A stretch of DNA of 64,000 nt from Myxococcota bacterium (GTDB lineage Bacteria; Myxococcota_A; UBA9160; UBA4427), in assembly GCA_965250285.1 (NCBI GenBank), contig OZ252299.1, positions 960,001-1,024,000 of the forward strand. The letters run 5' to 3'. The notes below the pieces were generated by a model. The model had not been told where the DNA came from. It worked only from the letters and a program-made list of their open reading frames with translations, and ran no database searches. Numbering within the stretch: the first letter of the stretch is position 1; each line of letters opens with the position of its first letter. Shown here piece after piece: positions 18,771 through 27,945 of this stretch. The position numbers and the translations under genes were made by a program.

Positions 18771-19685
18771 GTTCAGATTCTGGATCGCGACGCCCGACGC
18801 GCCCTTGCCGAGGTTATCGAGGCGCGCGATCAGCAGCGCATGACCCGCCGGATTCGGCAGCACCTGCAGCTCGATTCGATTCGTGTCGTTGCACACGCGC
18901 GGGTCGAAGTGCAGCTCGTCGGCCGACAGCGGCTCTTCGATCGGATGCACCTCGACGAAGGGCTCGTCGCGGTAGCGCGCGTCGAGACACTCCCAGAGCG
19001 ACTTGCCGGTCGCGCCCTCGGCGAGGGCCGAGGCCGCGAGCGGCAGCTGCACGCGCATGCCGCAGCGAAACGGTCCGACGGCCGGCACGAAGATCGGCGG
19101 CAACGACATGCCGCTCCAGTGCGTCATCTCGGGGATGTGCTTGTGGATGCGGTCGAGCGCGTAGGGCGCCTCGAAGGGCAGCGTGCCGAGCGGGCTGCCT
19201 TCGGCTTCCCACTTCTCGATCAGCTGGCGGCCGCCGCCGGAGTAGCCCGACAACGCGTGGATCGCGAGCGGTGCATCGGCGTCGAGCAGGCCCGCATCGA
19301 CGAGAGGGCGCACGAGCAGCAGGTACGCGCTCGGGTAGCAGCCGGGGTTCGAGACGAGCGGTGCGTTCGCGATGCGATCGCGCTGGTCGCTGCAGAGCTC
19401 GGGCAGGCCATAGACCCAGTCGGACGCCACGCGATGTGCGGTGCTCGCGTCGAGCAGTCGGGCGTCGTCTTCGGCGGCCCACGCGGCGGCCTCGCGGGCC
19501 GCGTCGTCGGGCAGACAGAGCACGGTCAGGTCCGACTCGGCCTGCAGTGCGCGGCGCGCCTCGGGGCGCTTCCGGTCGGCTTCGGGCAGGGTCGCGATCT
19601 CGATGTCGTCGCGGCCTTCGAGCCAGTCGCGAATGCGCAGGCCGGTGGTTCCGGCATGTCCGTCGATGAAGATCTGAGGGGCCAT
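18729..19685 (-). CDS. argC: N-acetyl-gamma-glutamyl-phosphate reductase (type 2)
   Basis: FIDGHAGTTGL, DASTAHR, NPGCY, SGYSGGG, LDNLGKGASG. Confidence 0.96.
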   Translation of the reverse strand: MAPQIFIDGHAGTTGLRIRDWLEGRDDIEIATLPEADRKRPEARRALQAESDLTVLCLPDDAAREAAAWAAEDDARLLDASTAHRVASDWVYGLPELCSDQRDRIANAPLVSNPGCYPSAYLLLVRPLVDAGLLDADAPLAIHALSGYSGGGRQLIEKWEAEGSPLGTLPFEAPYALDRIHKHIPEMTHWSGMSLPPIFVPAVGPFRCGMRVQLPLAASALAEGATGKSLWECLDARYRDEPFVEVHPIEEPLSADELHFDPRVCNDTNRIELQVLPNPAGHALLIARLDNLGKGASGVAIQNLNLMLGLPETRGLPA

Positions 19686-19746
19686 CGCGGCAGGGTAGCG
19701 CGGATGGGCGCGAGACCCTCGTTCGGGCGGCTCGCGAGCCGGCGGC

Positions 19747-20520
19747 TCAGCTCTCGGCGGTCACCGCATTGCGTCGGACCCAGCGCAGATAGCCCGCGGG
19801 CGGCACGAAGGCGAGCGAGAGGGCGATCGCGGCCACGAGGCCGTGCAGCGACGACGACATGACGACCCACGGGATCTCGCTGTTGCCCTGACCGAGCACC
19901 ATCGCCGCGCCCACGCCGATGGCGCTGCCCACGCCGGCGGCGCCTGCGCCGATGCCCCAGAGCAGGAACCGGTTCGTCACGGCCGGATCGGCGAGGCCGA
20001 TCAGCGAGCGGCGCTGCATGCGGCGCCAGTAGAGCAGCGCCTCGACCGAGCCCCAGAGCAGGACGCCGATCTGGGCGAAGGACTGCACGTGCACCCACAT
20101 GCTCGGCGCGCCGTCGCTGACGAGGTCGCCGATCGCGAGGCGATAGCCGAGCAGGCCGAGCACCGCCGCGATCCCGAGCATCACGCCCGTCGTCACGACC
20201 TTCGAGTCGGCGTGATAGACCTTGCCGTTGAAGACGAGCTTGCAGACGACGCCGATCACGGCCGTCACGCTCCCGATCACGACGAGCGCGACGGTCGCGG
20301 TGGGGATGGCGGCTTCGGGGTTTTCGGCCCGCGCGTTCTGCAGGATCACCTGGCCGATGCGCTGGCAGCCGAAGCCGACGGGGCCGATCCCGAGCACACC
20401 GATGCCGATCAACAGCTCGGGTAGCTCGCGCGTGCGAGTCCACAGCAGCACGAGACGGATCCCGACCGTCAGCGACGCGAAGAAGAACGCGAGGAACCCC
20501 ACCCAGACCAGCATGTCCAT
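19747..20520 (-). CDS. Hypothetical multi-pass (~7 TM) membrane protein
   Basis: About seven hydrophobic segments; fills the gap between neighbours; no family recognised. Confidence 0.75.
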   Translation of the reverse strand: MDMLVWVGFLAFFFASLTVGIRLVLLWTRTRELPELLIGIGVLGIGPVGFGCQRIGQVILQNARAENPEAAIPTATVALVVIGSVTAVIGVVCKLVFNGKVYHADSKVVTTGVMLGIAAVLGLLGYRLAIGDLVSDGAPSMWVHVQSFAQIGVLLWGSVEALLYWRRMQRRSLIGLADPAVTNRFLLWGIGAGAAGVGSAIGVGAAMVLGQGNSEIPWVVMSSSLHGLVAAIALSLAFVPPAGYLRWVRRNAVTAES

Positions 20521-20715
20521 CGATTGCGACCCTTTGAAAGCGCAGCGCGCCTGCGAAGGTGCGGGCGGGGCTGCGTACGGGTTCGGTCGGCGGCCCAGGC
20601 GGTCACCTTGAGGCGGCGAGACGAACCGAGGGTTTTTGGTGGCTGGAGTTGCAACCGGATTGTCGCCGTTCGAGCCGAACCGGAATCGATCCGCGGCTCG
20701 CGCGATCTCGCGGGC

Positions 20716-21804
20716 TCAGACGCTTCCGAACTCGCTCATCTCGACCACGCGCCCCTCTTCGATCGAACGATGGGCGGCGAGGCCGACCGCCACCGAGCGA
20801 AGGCCGTCGATGACGCCCACCTCGGGCGCGCTGCCGGTGCGAATCGCCTCGATCAGGTGCAGGTGCTCGAGGTAGCTCGCGCCGTGGTGCATGCCGTCGT
20901 GGCCGATCCGCGGATCGGGGTCGCACGCGAACTCCCGGTAGTCCTTGAACTTGCGCGTGCCCGCGCGCACTCGGCCCTCGGGCACGACGGTCTCGAGCTT
21001 GCCGGCTGGCCCGACGGCGCAGATCTCCTGCTCGTTGGGGCTCGATTCGGCGAACATGCAGAGGTCGAGGTGAGCGCGCGCGCCGTTGTCGTAGTCGACG
21101 ATCACGAACGCGTTGTCGAGGATGTCCGGTACTTCGCCGTCGTAGTTCTCGTCGAGATGGTTCACGTCCTGCGCGCCGCTCGCGAAGACGCGCCTCGGCA
21201 GCGCAGGGATCGCGAGGTTCATCAGGTCGAAGAAGTGACAGCACTTCTCGACGAGGGTCCCGCCCGTGTTGCGGCTGAAGCGATTCCAGTCGCCGACCTT
21301 GGGCAGGAAGGGGAACCGGTGTTCGCGGATCGAGAGCATCTTGAGCTCGCCGATCGCCCCGGCCTGCAGCTCGCGCAGGAAGTGCGCGATCGGCGGCATG
21401 TAGCGGTACTCGAGCCCGACCTGGACGACGCCCGAGTGCCGCTGGGCCGCGTCGACCACGCGCCGGCAATCCTCCATCGTCGTGCACATCGGCTTCTCGA
21501 TGAGCACGTGCTTCGATGTGGCGAACACGTCGTCGAGAACCGCGGCATGCGTGAAGTTCGGTGATGCGATCACGACGGCGTCGACGTCGGGGTGGGCGAG
21601 CAGGTCGCGGTGGTCGGTGAACGACGCGACGTTCGAGGCATCGCCCATCGAGAGGCGCCCGAGGCCGAGCGACGCTTCGACGGGGTCGGAGAGGGCGACC
21701 ACCTCGGCGTCGTCGATCGCCTCGATGTTGCGAATGTGCTCGCAACCCATCATGCCGCAGCCGATGATGCCGTAGCGGATCTTGTCGGCCGCGCGACCCG
21801 ACAC
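20716..21804 (-). CDS. Gfo/Idh/MocA family oxidoreductase
   Basis: IRYGIIGCGMMG, HVLIEKP, GGTLVEKCCHFFD; GTG start shares one base with the upstream TAG. Confidence 0.92.
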   Translation of the reverse strand: MSGRAADKIRYGIIGCGMMGCEHIRNIEAIDDAEVVALSDPVEASLGLGRLSMGDASNVASFTDHRDLLAHPDVDAVVIASPNFTHAAVLDDVFATSKHVLIEKPMCTTMEDCRRVVDAAQRHSGVVQVGLEYRYMPPIAHFLRELQAGAIGELKMLSIREHRFPFLPKVGDWNRFSRNTGGTLVEKCCHFFDLMNLAIPALPRRVFASGAQDVNHLDENYDGEVPDILDNAFVIVDYDNGARAHLDLCMFAESSPNEQEICAVGPAGKLETVVPEGRVRAGTRKFKDYREFACDPDPRIGHDGMHHGASYLEHLHLIEAIRTGSAPEVGVIDGLRSVAVGLAAHRSIEEGRVVEMSEFGSV

Positions 21805-22631
21805 TACGCGGGACCCTCGAGCGAGCCCTTCAAATCGCCGAGCACGCCGCTGAAGCGATGCTCGAGCGCGGGGCCGAAGTGATCGTGCGTGAAGATCGTG
21901 CCGCGACTCGCCCGGACACTCTGCAGCGTGATCTCGGCGACGGTCTCGGGGTCGAGCCCCTCTTCGATCGCCTGGCCCATGCCCGGCGGCTCGACACCGC
22001 CGTCGCGCGTCGCCTCGGGTTGGGCCAAGAGCTGCGTGCGCACGGCGCCGGGACACAGCACCGAGAGGCCAATGCCGTCGGCAGCGAGGGTCGGGCGCAT
22101 CGCTTCGCAGAGTCCGACCACGGCGAACTTGCTCATGCAGTACGCGCCGACGTCGGGGCCCGCGAGCCAGCCACCGACCGACGCCGTGGCGACGACGTGA
22201 GCGGGGTCGTCGTGTGCGCGCAGCCCCGGCAGGAAGGCGTGAATCGTCTTCGCTACGCCCATGACGTTTACTTCGAAGTGCATTCGGAGCAGCTCGGGGT
22301 CGTCGCCGACGCCGAGGCCCGCACGCAGCACCCCGGCGTTGGCGAAGAGCAGGTGGACGCGGCCCGCCTCGTCGGCGACGCGCCTCGCGAGCGCTTCGAG
22401 CGCCGGCGCGTCGGTGACGTCGGCGGCGACCGGTGTCGCCCCGTCGCCCAGCGACTTGCACGTGCGGCGGGCAGCCATCTCGTTGCGGTCGACGCAGTAG
22501 ACCCGGGCCCCAGCCTTGACGAGCGTGGTGCAGAGCCCCGCGCCGATCCCGCTGCCGCCGCCCGTGACGACGGCCAGCTTTCCCTCGAAGCCGTCGGCAA
22601 ACCCGCCGCGTGCTTGGTCGCCCTCAGTCAC
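21804..22631 (-). CDS. Short-chain dehydrogenase/reductase
   Basis: TGGGSGIG, ANAG, YCMSK. Confidence 0.92.
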   Translation of the reverse strand: MTEGDQARGGFADGFEGKLAVVTGGGSGIGAGLCTTLVKAGARVYCVDRNEMAARRTCKSLGDGATPVAADVTDAPALEALARRVADEAGRVHLLFANAGVLRAGLGVGDDPELLRMHFEVNVMGVAKTIHAFLPGLRAHDDPAHVVATASVGGWLAGPDVGAYCMSKFAVVGLCEAMRPTLAADGIGLSVLCPGAVRTQLLAQPEATRDGGVEPPGMGQAIEEGLDPETVAEITLQSVRASRGTIFTHDHFGPALEHRFSGVLGDLKGSLEGPA

Positions 22632-23277
22632 GTCGCTTGAGTCCGTGCTGCTCGAGCCGCCAGACGAGATGCGAGATGCGATCCTGACCGAAGAGGGCCT
22701 CACCGTCGAACACCATCGTCGGCACGCCCCAGTGGCCCGCCGCGACGTGGTCGGCCTGATTCTGTTCGATGACGGCTTCGTAGTGGTCGGGGTCGGCTTC
22801 GATGCGCGCGTCGAGCTCGGCCAGATCGAGCGCGGCGCGCGCGGCGGCGCGGGCCAGGTGGTCGCCCTCGTGCCAGCCCTGCACCTCGCCGCTCCAGATC
22901 ACGCGGCTGACCTCGTCGATGAAGGGCAGGCCGCGGCCCGCCTCGCACGCAGCCACGCCGAGACGCGTCAGGCGATGGATGTAGGGCTGCTCCTTCGGGA
23001 TCGTGCGCGTCGAGAAGTCCTGCACCACCGGGTCGGGGTTCGGCCAGCTGTAAGGGATGCCCTCCATCTGTGCGATGCGGGCGGTGTCGCGCATCAGGTA
23101 CGGCGGCCAGAGCGGATTGACCTTGTCGAAGAAGTCGGGGGTGCGAATCGCGATCGGGTAGACCGGGCGCACGACGCACTCGACGTCGTAGGTGCGGGTC
23201 AGCTCGACGATGCGACCGGTCGCGAGATACGAGTACGGGCTGCGAAACGACCAGTAGAGGTCGAACGAGAGGGACAT
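22624..23277 (-). CDS. 2-hydroxychromene-2-carboxylate isomerase / GST-kappa-like (DsbA family)
   Basis: YWSFRSPYSYL, GHWGVPT, FGQDR. Confidence 0.9.
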   Translation of the reverse strand: MSLSFDLYWSFRSPYSYLATGRIVELTRTYDVECVVRPVYPIAIRTPDFFDKVNPLWPPYLMRDTARIAQMEGIPYSWPNPDPVVQDFSTRTIPKEQPYIHRLTRLGVAACEAGRGLPFIDEVSRVIWSGEVQGWHEGDHLARAAARAALDLAELDARIEADPDHYEAVIEQNQADHVAAGHWGVPTMVFDGEALFGQDRISHLVWRLEQHGLKRRD

Positions 23278-23326
23278 GGGTGGGTGGGCTCCTCGATCGG
23301 GCGCGCGCCCCGATCGGGGGGCGACC

Positions 23327-23518
23327 TCAGTCCTCGATGGTGATGGCCTGCTCGGGGCAGTTGTCGGCGCCGCGGCGGGCCGACGCCTCGTGCTCCGCGG
23401 GCACCTCGGCCCGGGGGATCACACAGTAGCCCTCTTCGTCTTCGGCGTAGACCTCGGGACACAGCGCGTAGCAGCGCCCGTGGCCGACGCAGAGCTCGCG
23501 GTCGACCTTGACCCTCAT
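23327..23518 (-). CDS. Ferredoxin (probably 3Fe-4S), P450 partner
   Basis: CVGHGRC...CPEQAI; immediately downstream of a P450. Confidence 0.92.
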   Translation of the reverse strand: MRVKVDRELCVGHGRCYALCPEVYAEDEEGYCVIPRAEVPAEHEASARRGADNCPEQAITIED

Positions 23519-23531
23519 CGGGCCGCGCCCC

Positions 23532-24731
23532 TCAACGCACGTCCCACGTGAGCGGCAGATGCTTCACCTCGCGAATCCCCAGGCTGTACTCGGGGGTCTC
23601 GCCGGCCTTGATGCGATACTCGGGAATGCGCGCGTGCCACTCTTCGAGCGCGACCGTGAGCTCCATGCGCGCGAGGTGTGAGCCGAGGCAGCGATGCGCA
23701 CCGGCGCCAAACGCGATGTGGCGATTGCGCTCGCGGGCGAGCTCGACCTTCTCGGCATCGTCGAACTCGCCATCGTCGAGGTTGGCGGCGCCGAGCATGA
23801 GCATCACCATCTCGCCGGCCTTGAGCTGCAGATCCTTGAACTCGACATCCTGCTTCACGATGCGCGGCACTCCGGGCACCGGGGTCTCCCAGCGAAGCAG
23901 CTCTTCGATCGTGCTCGCCATCAGCGTCGGGTCGTCGACGAGCTTGCGCCGCTGCGCGTCGTTCGATGCGAGATACACCATGTCGCAGCCGAGCGTGGCG
24001 GTGACCGTGTCGAGCCCCGCGATGATGAACAAGAAGCAGATGTCGAGGATCTCCTCGTCCATCAGCTTGCGTCCATCGAGCTCGGCGTTCACGAAGTACG
24101 TCATCAGGTCTTCGCGCGGGTTCGCGCGGCGATCCTTCATCGCGTCTTCGAAGTACGCGTAGATCTTCTGACCGCTGTCGGCGCGGATGCGGCCCGGCTC
24201 CTCGAGGTCGTCGGTCTCGGCCAGCACCTGCGGCCGGATGATCCCGTCCTTCAGACCGAGGAAGTACGGCAGGTCGCTCTGCGGCATGCCCATCAGGTGC
24301 AGGAACGCATTGGCCGGCAACGGGATCGCGAACTCGCTGTTGTACTCGCACTCGCCGCGCTCGTAGAAGCCTTCGATGAGCGCGGCTGCGTCCTTGCGCA
24401 GGTCGGGGGCGATCTCGTTCATCCGCTTCCTTGAGAAGAGCGGATCGAGGATCTTGCGATACCGGGTCTGCTGCGGCGGATCGACCTGCTGCGGGATCAT
24501 CGGCCGCGTGTTGCCGAGCGCCATCTGCTCGGCCATCTCGGACGAGAAGATCTCGGGATGGCGCAGGCACCACATCACGTCTTCGTAGTCGGCGATCAGG
24601 ATCCCGCCCGTCACGGGCGATCTCGAGACCGGGCACTGCTCGAGGACCGCGCGGTACTGGTGCTGCGGGCAGCGGCTGAATTCGGGGTCGAGCGGGTTGA
24701 AGGTGGCGACGGCGTCGGACTCATCGGCCAT
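23532..24731 (-). CDS. Cytochrome P450
   Basis: AGLDT, EELLR, FGAGAHRCLG; AGGAG RBS. Confidence 0.95.
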   Translation of the reverse strand: MADESDAVATFNPLDPEFSRCPQHQYRAVLEQCPVSRSPVTGGILIADYEDVMWCLRHPEIFSSEMAEQMALGNTRPMIPQQVDPPQQTRYRKILDPLFSRKRMNEIAPDLRKDAAALIEGFYERGECEYNSEFAIPLPANAFLHLMGMPQSDLPYFLGLKDGIIRPQVLAETDDLEEPGRIRADSGQKIYAYFEDAMKDRRANPREDLMTYFVNAELDGRKLMDEEILDICFLFIIAGLDTVTATLGCDMVYLASNDAQRRKLVDDPTLMASTIEELLRWETPVPGVPRIVKQDVEFKDLQLKAGEMVMLMLGAANLDDGEFDDAEKVELARERNRHIAFGAGAHRCLGSHLARMELTVALEEWHARIPEYRIKAGETPEYSLGIREVKHLPLTWDVR

Positions 24732-24769
24732 GGCTGCTCTCCTGGGCGCGGTGCGCTGGCGCGAGCGCG

Positions 24770-24813
24770 ATTCTACGCGAACCGGAGCATTTCTGACAGA
24801 TCGTCAGATCTGA
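24770..24813 (-). promoter_or_regulatory. Putative promoter (-10 TAGAAT) with operator-like inverted repeat for the P450 operon
   Basis: TAGAAT at 24770-24775 (minus strand); TCTGAC-N5-GTCAGA at 24792-24808 covers the expected -35 position; overlapping palindrome TCAGATCTGA at 24804-24813. Confidence 0.5.
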
Positions 24814-25310
24814 GTCTGATCCGTGGGAGTCCCCCGGGTGAGACCGGTCGCCCGTCGTTGCGAATCGACCGCGAGCGCTCGCGAAGGTGCGCGGCCGCGG
24901 CGCGTTCGCGCACGCCGAGTGGCCGGCAGGAGGCGGAGGCGTCCGTAGGGGCTCCGTCCGCCTGCGGCGGCGCAGGCGTGATGACCGGGGCGTGCTCGGC
25001 CGCCGGTCCGCTCCACGGCGGGATGGCGCCGCGCTGTTGCAGCGCATCGACAGGGGGCCACCGGTGTCACCGTGCACTCGGTGTGGCGGGTGGGTCGTGG
25101 TCGCCGCCACACCGCTCGACGACCGCCGTTCCCGCGTCGATCCGGGTCGACCGAAACGCGCCCGATCGGGGCTGCTTGCGATGATTGAAGACGGCCGTGC
25201 TCGCCGATCGCGCGCGTCGTTGGCGGCACTCGGTTCACCGACACGACGGCGGCACTCGGTGCAGCGACACGGCGGTGGCGCACGACCGGGTGAAGGGCGA
25301 CGCTCCCGGC

Positions 25311-26423
25311 GTGTCCCGACACCACTTGATCCCTGTACCGCTCGTCGTCTGCGTGTTGTTGCTCGGCTGCCAGTTCGATGGCTACGTGCCGAAGGGCAAA
25401 CACCAGCCCGTCGCCGAAGAAGAACGCGAGATCGCCGATCTCGCTTTCGCCGCGCCGACCGTCGGCAATCTCGACTGTGCTGGGGGACGCTGCCGGATCC
25501 GCTACCGATTGCATGTCGCTGCCGCCGGTCACGTCGAGGTCGTCGTCGCCGGACCGCGCGGCAACGTCGAGACCCAGGAAGGCCCGCGGCTTGCCCGCGC
25601 GATGCTCCAGGACGTCGACGGCAAGATCGTCGGGCGCAACGACCCCGAAGTGACGACCGGCCCGATGAAGTTCGGCGGTGCGGTCACGCCCGGGCCGTAC
25701 TTCGTCTTGATTCAGGGACTCGGCGGCGCGTTCGAATACGTCGTGACGGCGAGCTACGGCGCCGATGCGGCGACCGCGCACGCCGGCAGCGACGCGGCAC
25801 AGACTTCCGCGACGTCGGCTGCCGCAGGTTCCGCTGCAGCGGGCACGACCGCCGGGCGCGGCGCGACGGTCGACCCGACCACGAAGCCGGGCACCGGCGC
25901 GATGTCGCACGAACCGGGCGACACGAGCGACGGTGCCGACTACGCGGCCGACCCGAAGGCGAGCCTGCTCTCGATGCGCACGTTCGCGTTCGCAGACGAT
26001 CCGCAGGCCGAGCTCGAGCAGGGCACCGAAGAGGGGCGGGGCAACCCGTTCGTCATTCGTCGGATCCAGCGCGAGATTCGCTACGCGCTCGCCGACGCGG
26101 GCGTGACCGAGGTCGACAAGGCCGACGCCGACTACCTGATCAGCGTGCAGGTCGGGTCGAAGGCGACGACGTGGTACTCGCTCGGCAATGCGCCGCGCAC
26201 CACGCCCTACGACACGTACTTCGATCGCTGGCGGTCGTTCGGCGCGTTCATCAATCCTCATACCTACGTCGACGGCACGCTGGTGATCGACTTCATCGAT
26301 CCGAAGACGGGCGATCTGGTCTGGCATGGCTGGACGACCGAGCCGGTCAACGTCAAGCTCGACAACGAGAAGCAGCTCAAGGGGGCCGTCCGAGCCGTGC
26401 TCGGGCAGATCGACGGGCTGTGA
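25311..26423 (+). CDS. Lipoprotein: PPC-like domain + Ala/Thr linker + DUF4136 domain
   Basis: Lipobox LLGC; C-terminal YVDGTLVIDFIDPKTGDLVWHG matches DUF4136. Start uncertain. Confidence 0.8.
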   Translation: MSRHHLIPVPLVVCVLLLGCQFDGYVPKGKHQPVAEEEREIADLAFAAPTVGNLDCAGGRCRIRYRLHVAAAGHVEVVVAGPRGNVETQEGPRLARAMLQDVDGKIVGRNDPEVTTGPMKFGGAVTPGPYFVLIQGLGGAFEYVVTASYGADAATAHAGSDAAQTSATSAAAGSAAAGTTAGRGATVDPTTKPGTGAMSHEPGDTSDGADYAADPKASLLSMRTFAFADDPQAELEQGTEEGRGNPFVIRRIQREIRYALADAGVTEVDKADADYLISVQVGSKATTWYSLGNAPRTTPYDTYFDRWRSFGAFINPHTYVDGTLVIDFIDPKTGDLVWHGWTTEPVNVKLDNEKQLKGAVRAVLGQIDGL

Positions 26424-26488
26424 GGGGGATCGCTGCCTCGAAAACGAGGCGGCCACGCCGCATGAGCGGCGAACAAGGAGGGGGCGAC

Positions 26489-27109
26489 ATGAAGCGCTTT
26501 CGCGTTCTGGGACTCGCGCTCTGCGCGATGATGGTGACCGGTACGGCCACGGCCGACGATTTCGTGCGGTTCGGTCCGTACCTCGGTCTGAATGCGGCGT
26601 GGGGCTATCCGCTCTTCGAGGACGAGGTGCAGAACGTCCTCGGATCGGACACCGAACTGAACGATACGTTCGGTCTGAATACACGGGCCGGCCTGCGGCT
26701 CTTGAGCTTCCTCGCGGTCGAAGCGCAGTACGAGTGGCTCAACGACTTCAAGATCGATACGGCGCCGTCGAACGCGATCCCCGACGTCAGCATCATAGGC
26801 CACACGCTCACCGGCAACGTGAAGCTCTACATCCCCATTCGTCGCATCCAGCCCTACTTCCTCGCTGGCTTCGGCTTCACCTCGTACAAGTTCGAAGCGT
26901 CGGGCGTCGGCTCGAGGACGGACACCTACTTCGCCGGTCGACTCGGTGGTGGACTCGACGTCTATCTGACGAAGAAGTGGGCCATCAATGCCGAAGCGAC
27001 GGCCTTGCTCACCGCCAGCGACTTGGGGGATCTCCCGAACAACGTCTCGGGCAGCCTCAATGGCCTGCACTACATCTCGGCCAGCCTCGGTCTGATGTAT
27101 CGCTTCTAG
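26489..27109 (+). CDS. Outer-membrane beta-barrel protein (8-strand OmpA-like type)
   Basis: Signal peptide, GPYLG, AVEAQYEW, QPYF, terminal YRF; GGAGG RBS. Confidence 0.88.
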   Translation: MKRFRVLGLALCAMMVTGTATADDFVRFGPYLGLNAAWGYPLFEDEVQNVLGSDTELNDTFGLNTRAGLRLLSFLAVEAQYEWLNDFKIDTAPSNAIPDVSIIGHTLTGNVKLYIPIRRIQPYFLAGFGFTSYKFEASGVGSRTDTYFAGRLGGGLDVYLTKKWAINAEATALLTASDLGDLPNNVSGSLNGLHYISASLGLMYRF

Positions 27110-27215
27110 GCGCCGCGCGCGCAGAGGCACCATCCCGCCCACCCGCGACTGAAGCCGGGGCGCCGCTCGACCGATGTCGGGGGGTGCGCCGCTTCCGGGC
27201 GCAGGGAGGGCGGTC

Positions 27216-27902
27216 ATGCGCTGGTTTCGACGGTGCAGTGGGGTGGTGGCGTGCTCGATCGCGCTCGGCCTGGTCTCGGACGCGATGGCCGACACCCCGC
27301 CGCCGCCGGCGTCCGCCGAAGTCGAGGCCGGTGCCGCGCTCGAAGAAGAAGAGGAAGAAGAAGGCCGCAAGGACTATGCGCGCTCGGGTCCCTACGTCGG
27401 GCTGAGCGGTGCGTTCGGGGTTCCGCTCTTCGAGGACCAGATCTCGGGTGCGACCGGCGGCGCCGACTTCGATCCGTCCTGGGGCCTGAACGCGCGGGCC
27501 GGCTGGCGCTTCTTTCCGTTTCTCGCCGTCGAGGCGCAGTACGAGTGGATGTCAGGCTTCGGGGTCACCGACCTGCCCCTCGTCGGCGATGCCGACATTG
27601 CGGGCCACACGCTGACCGGCAATCTGCGGTTCTTCGTTCCGGTCTGGCAGGTTCATCCGTACGTGCTGACCGGGGTCGGCGTCACGCGGTACAAGATCGA
27701 TCTGGGCGCGCTCGGCAGCGCGAATCAGGATCGCTTCGCCGGGCGGCTGGGCGGTGGGCTCGACATGTACATGACCGAGAAGCTCGTCGTGAACTTCGAG
27801 GCTTCGGTCCTGCTCACGGCGAACGACCTCGACTTCGACCAGGGATCGATCACCAGTCTGCACTACCTGTCGGCGAGTGTGGGCCTCGCGTACCGCTTCT
27901 GA
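27216..27902 (+). CDS. Outer-membrane beta-barrel protein, paralog of 26489-27109
   Basis: GPYVG, AVEAQYEW, GHTLTGN, FAGRLGGGLD, terminal YRF. Confidence 0.88.
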   Translation: MRWFRRCSGVVACSIALGLVSDAMADTPPPPASAEVEAGAALEEEEEEEGRKDYARSGPYVGLSGAFGVPLFEDQISGATGGADFDPSWGLNARAGWRFFPFLAVEAQYEWMSGFGVTDLPLVGDADIAGHTLTGNLRFFVPVWQVHPYVLTGVGVTRYKIDLGALGSANQDRFAGRLGGGLDMYMTEKLVVNFEASVLLTANDLDFDQGSITSLHYLSASVGLAYRF

Positions 27903-27945
27903 CGGAGGCGGGGCGCGACAGAGGCCACGCGCCCCTCGGACGGGC

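Noticed and set aside
24814..25310. Short ORFs in the P450/lipoprotein divergent gap (e.g. 24558-25184, 24721-25110)
   Set aside because: No motifs, no RBS and low-complexity composition; treated as intergenic.
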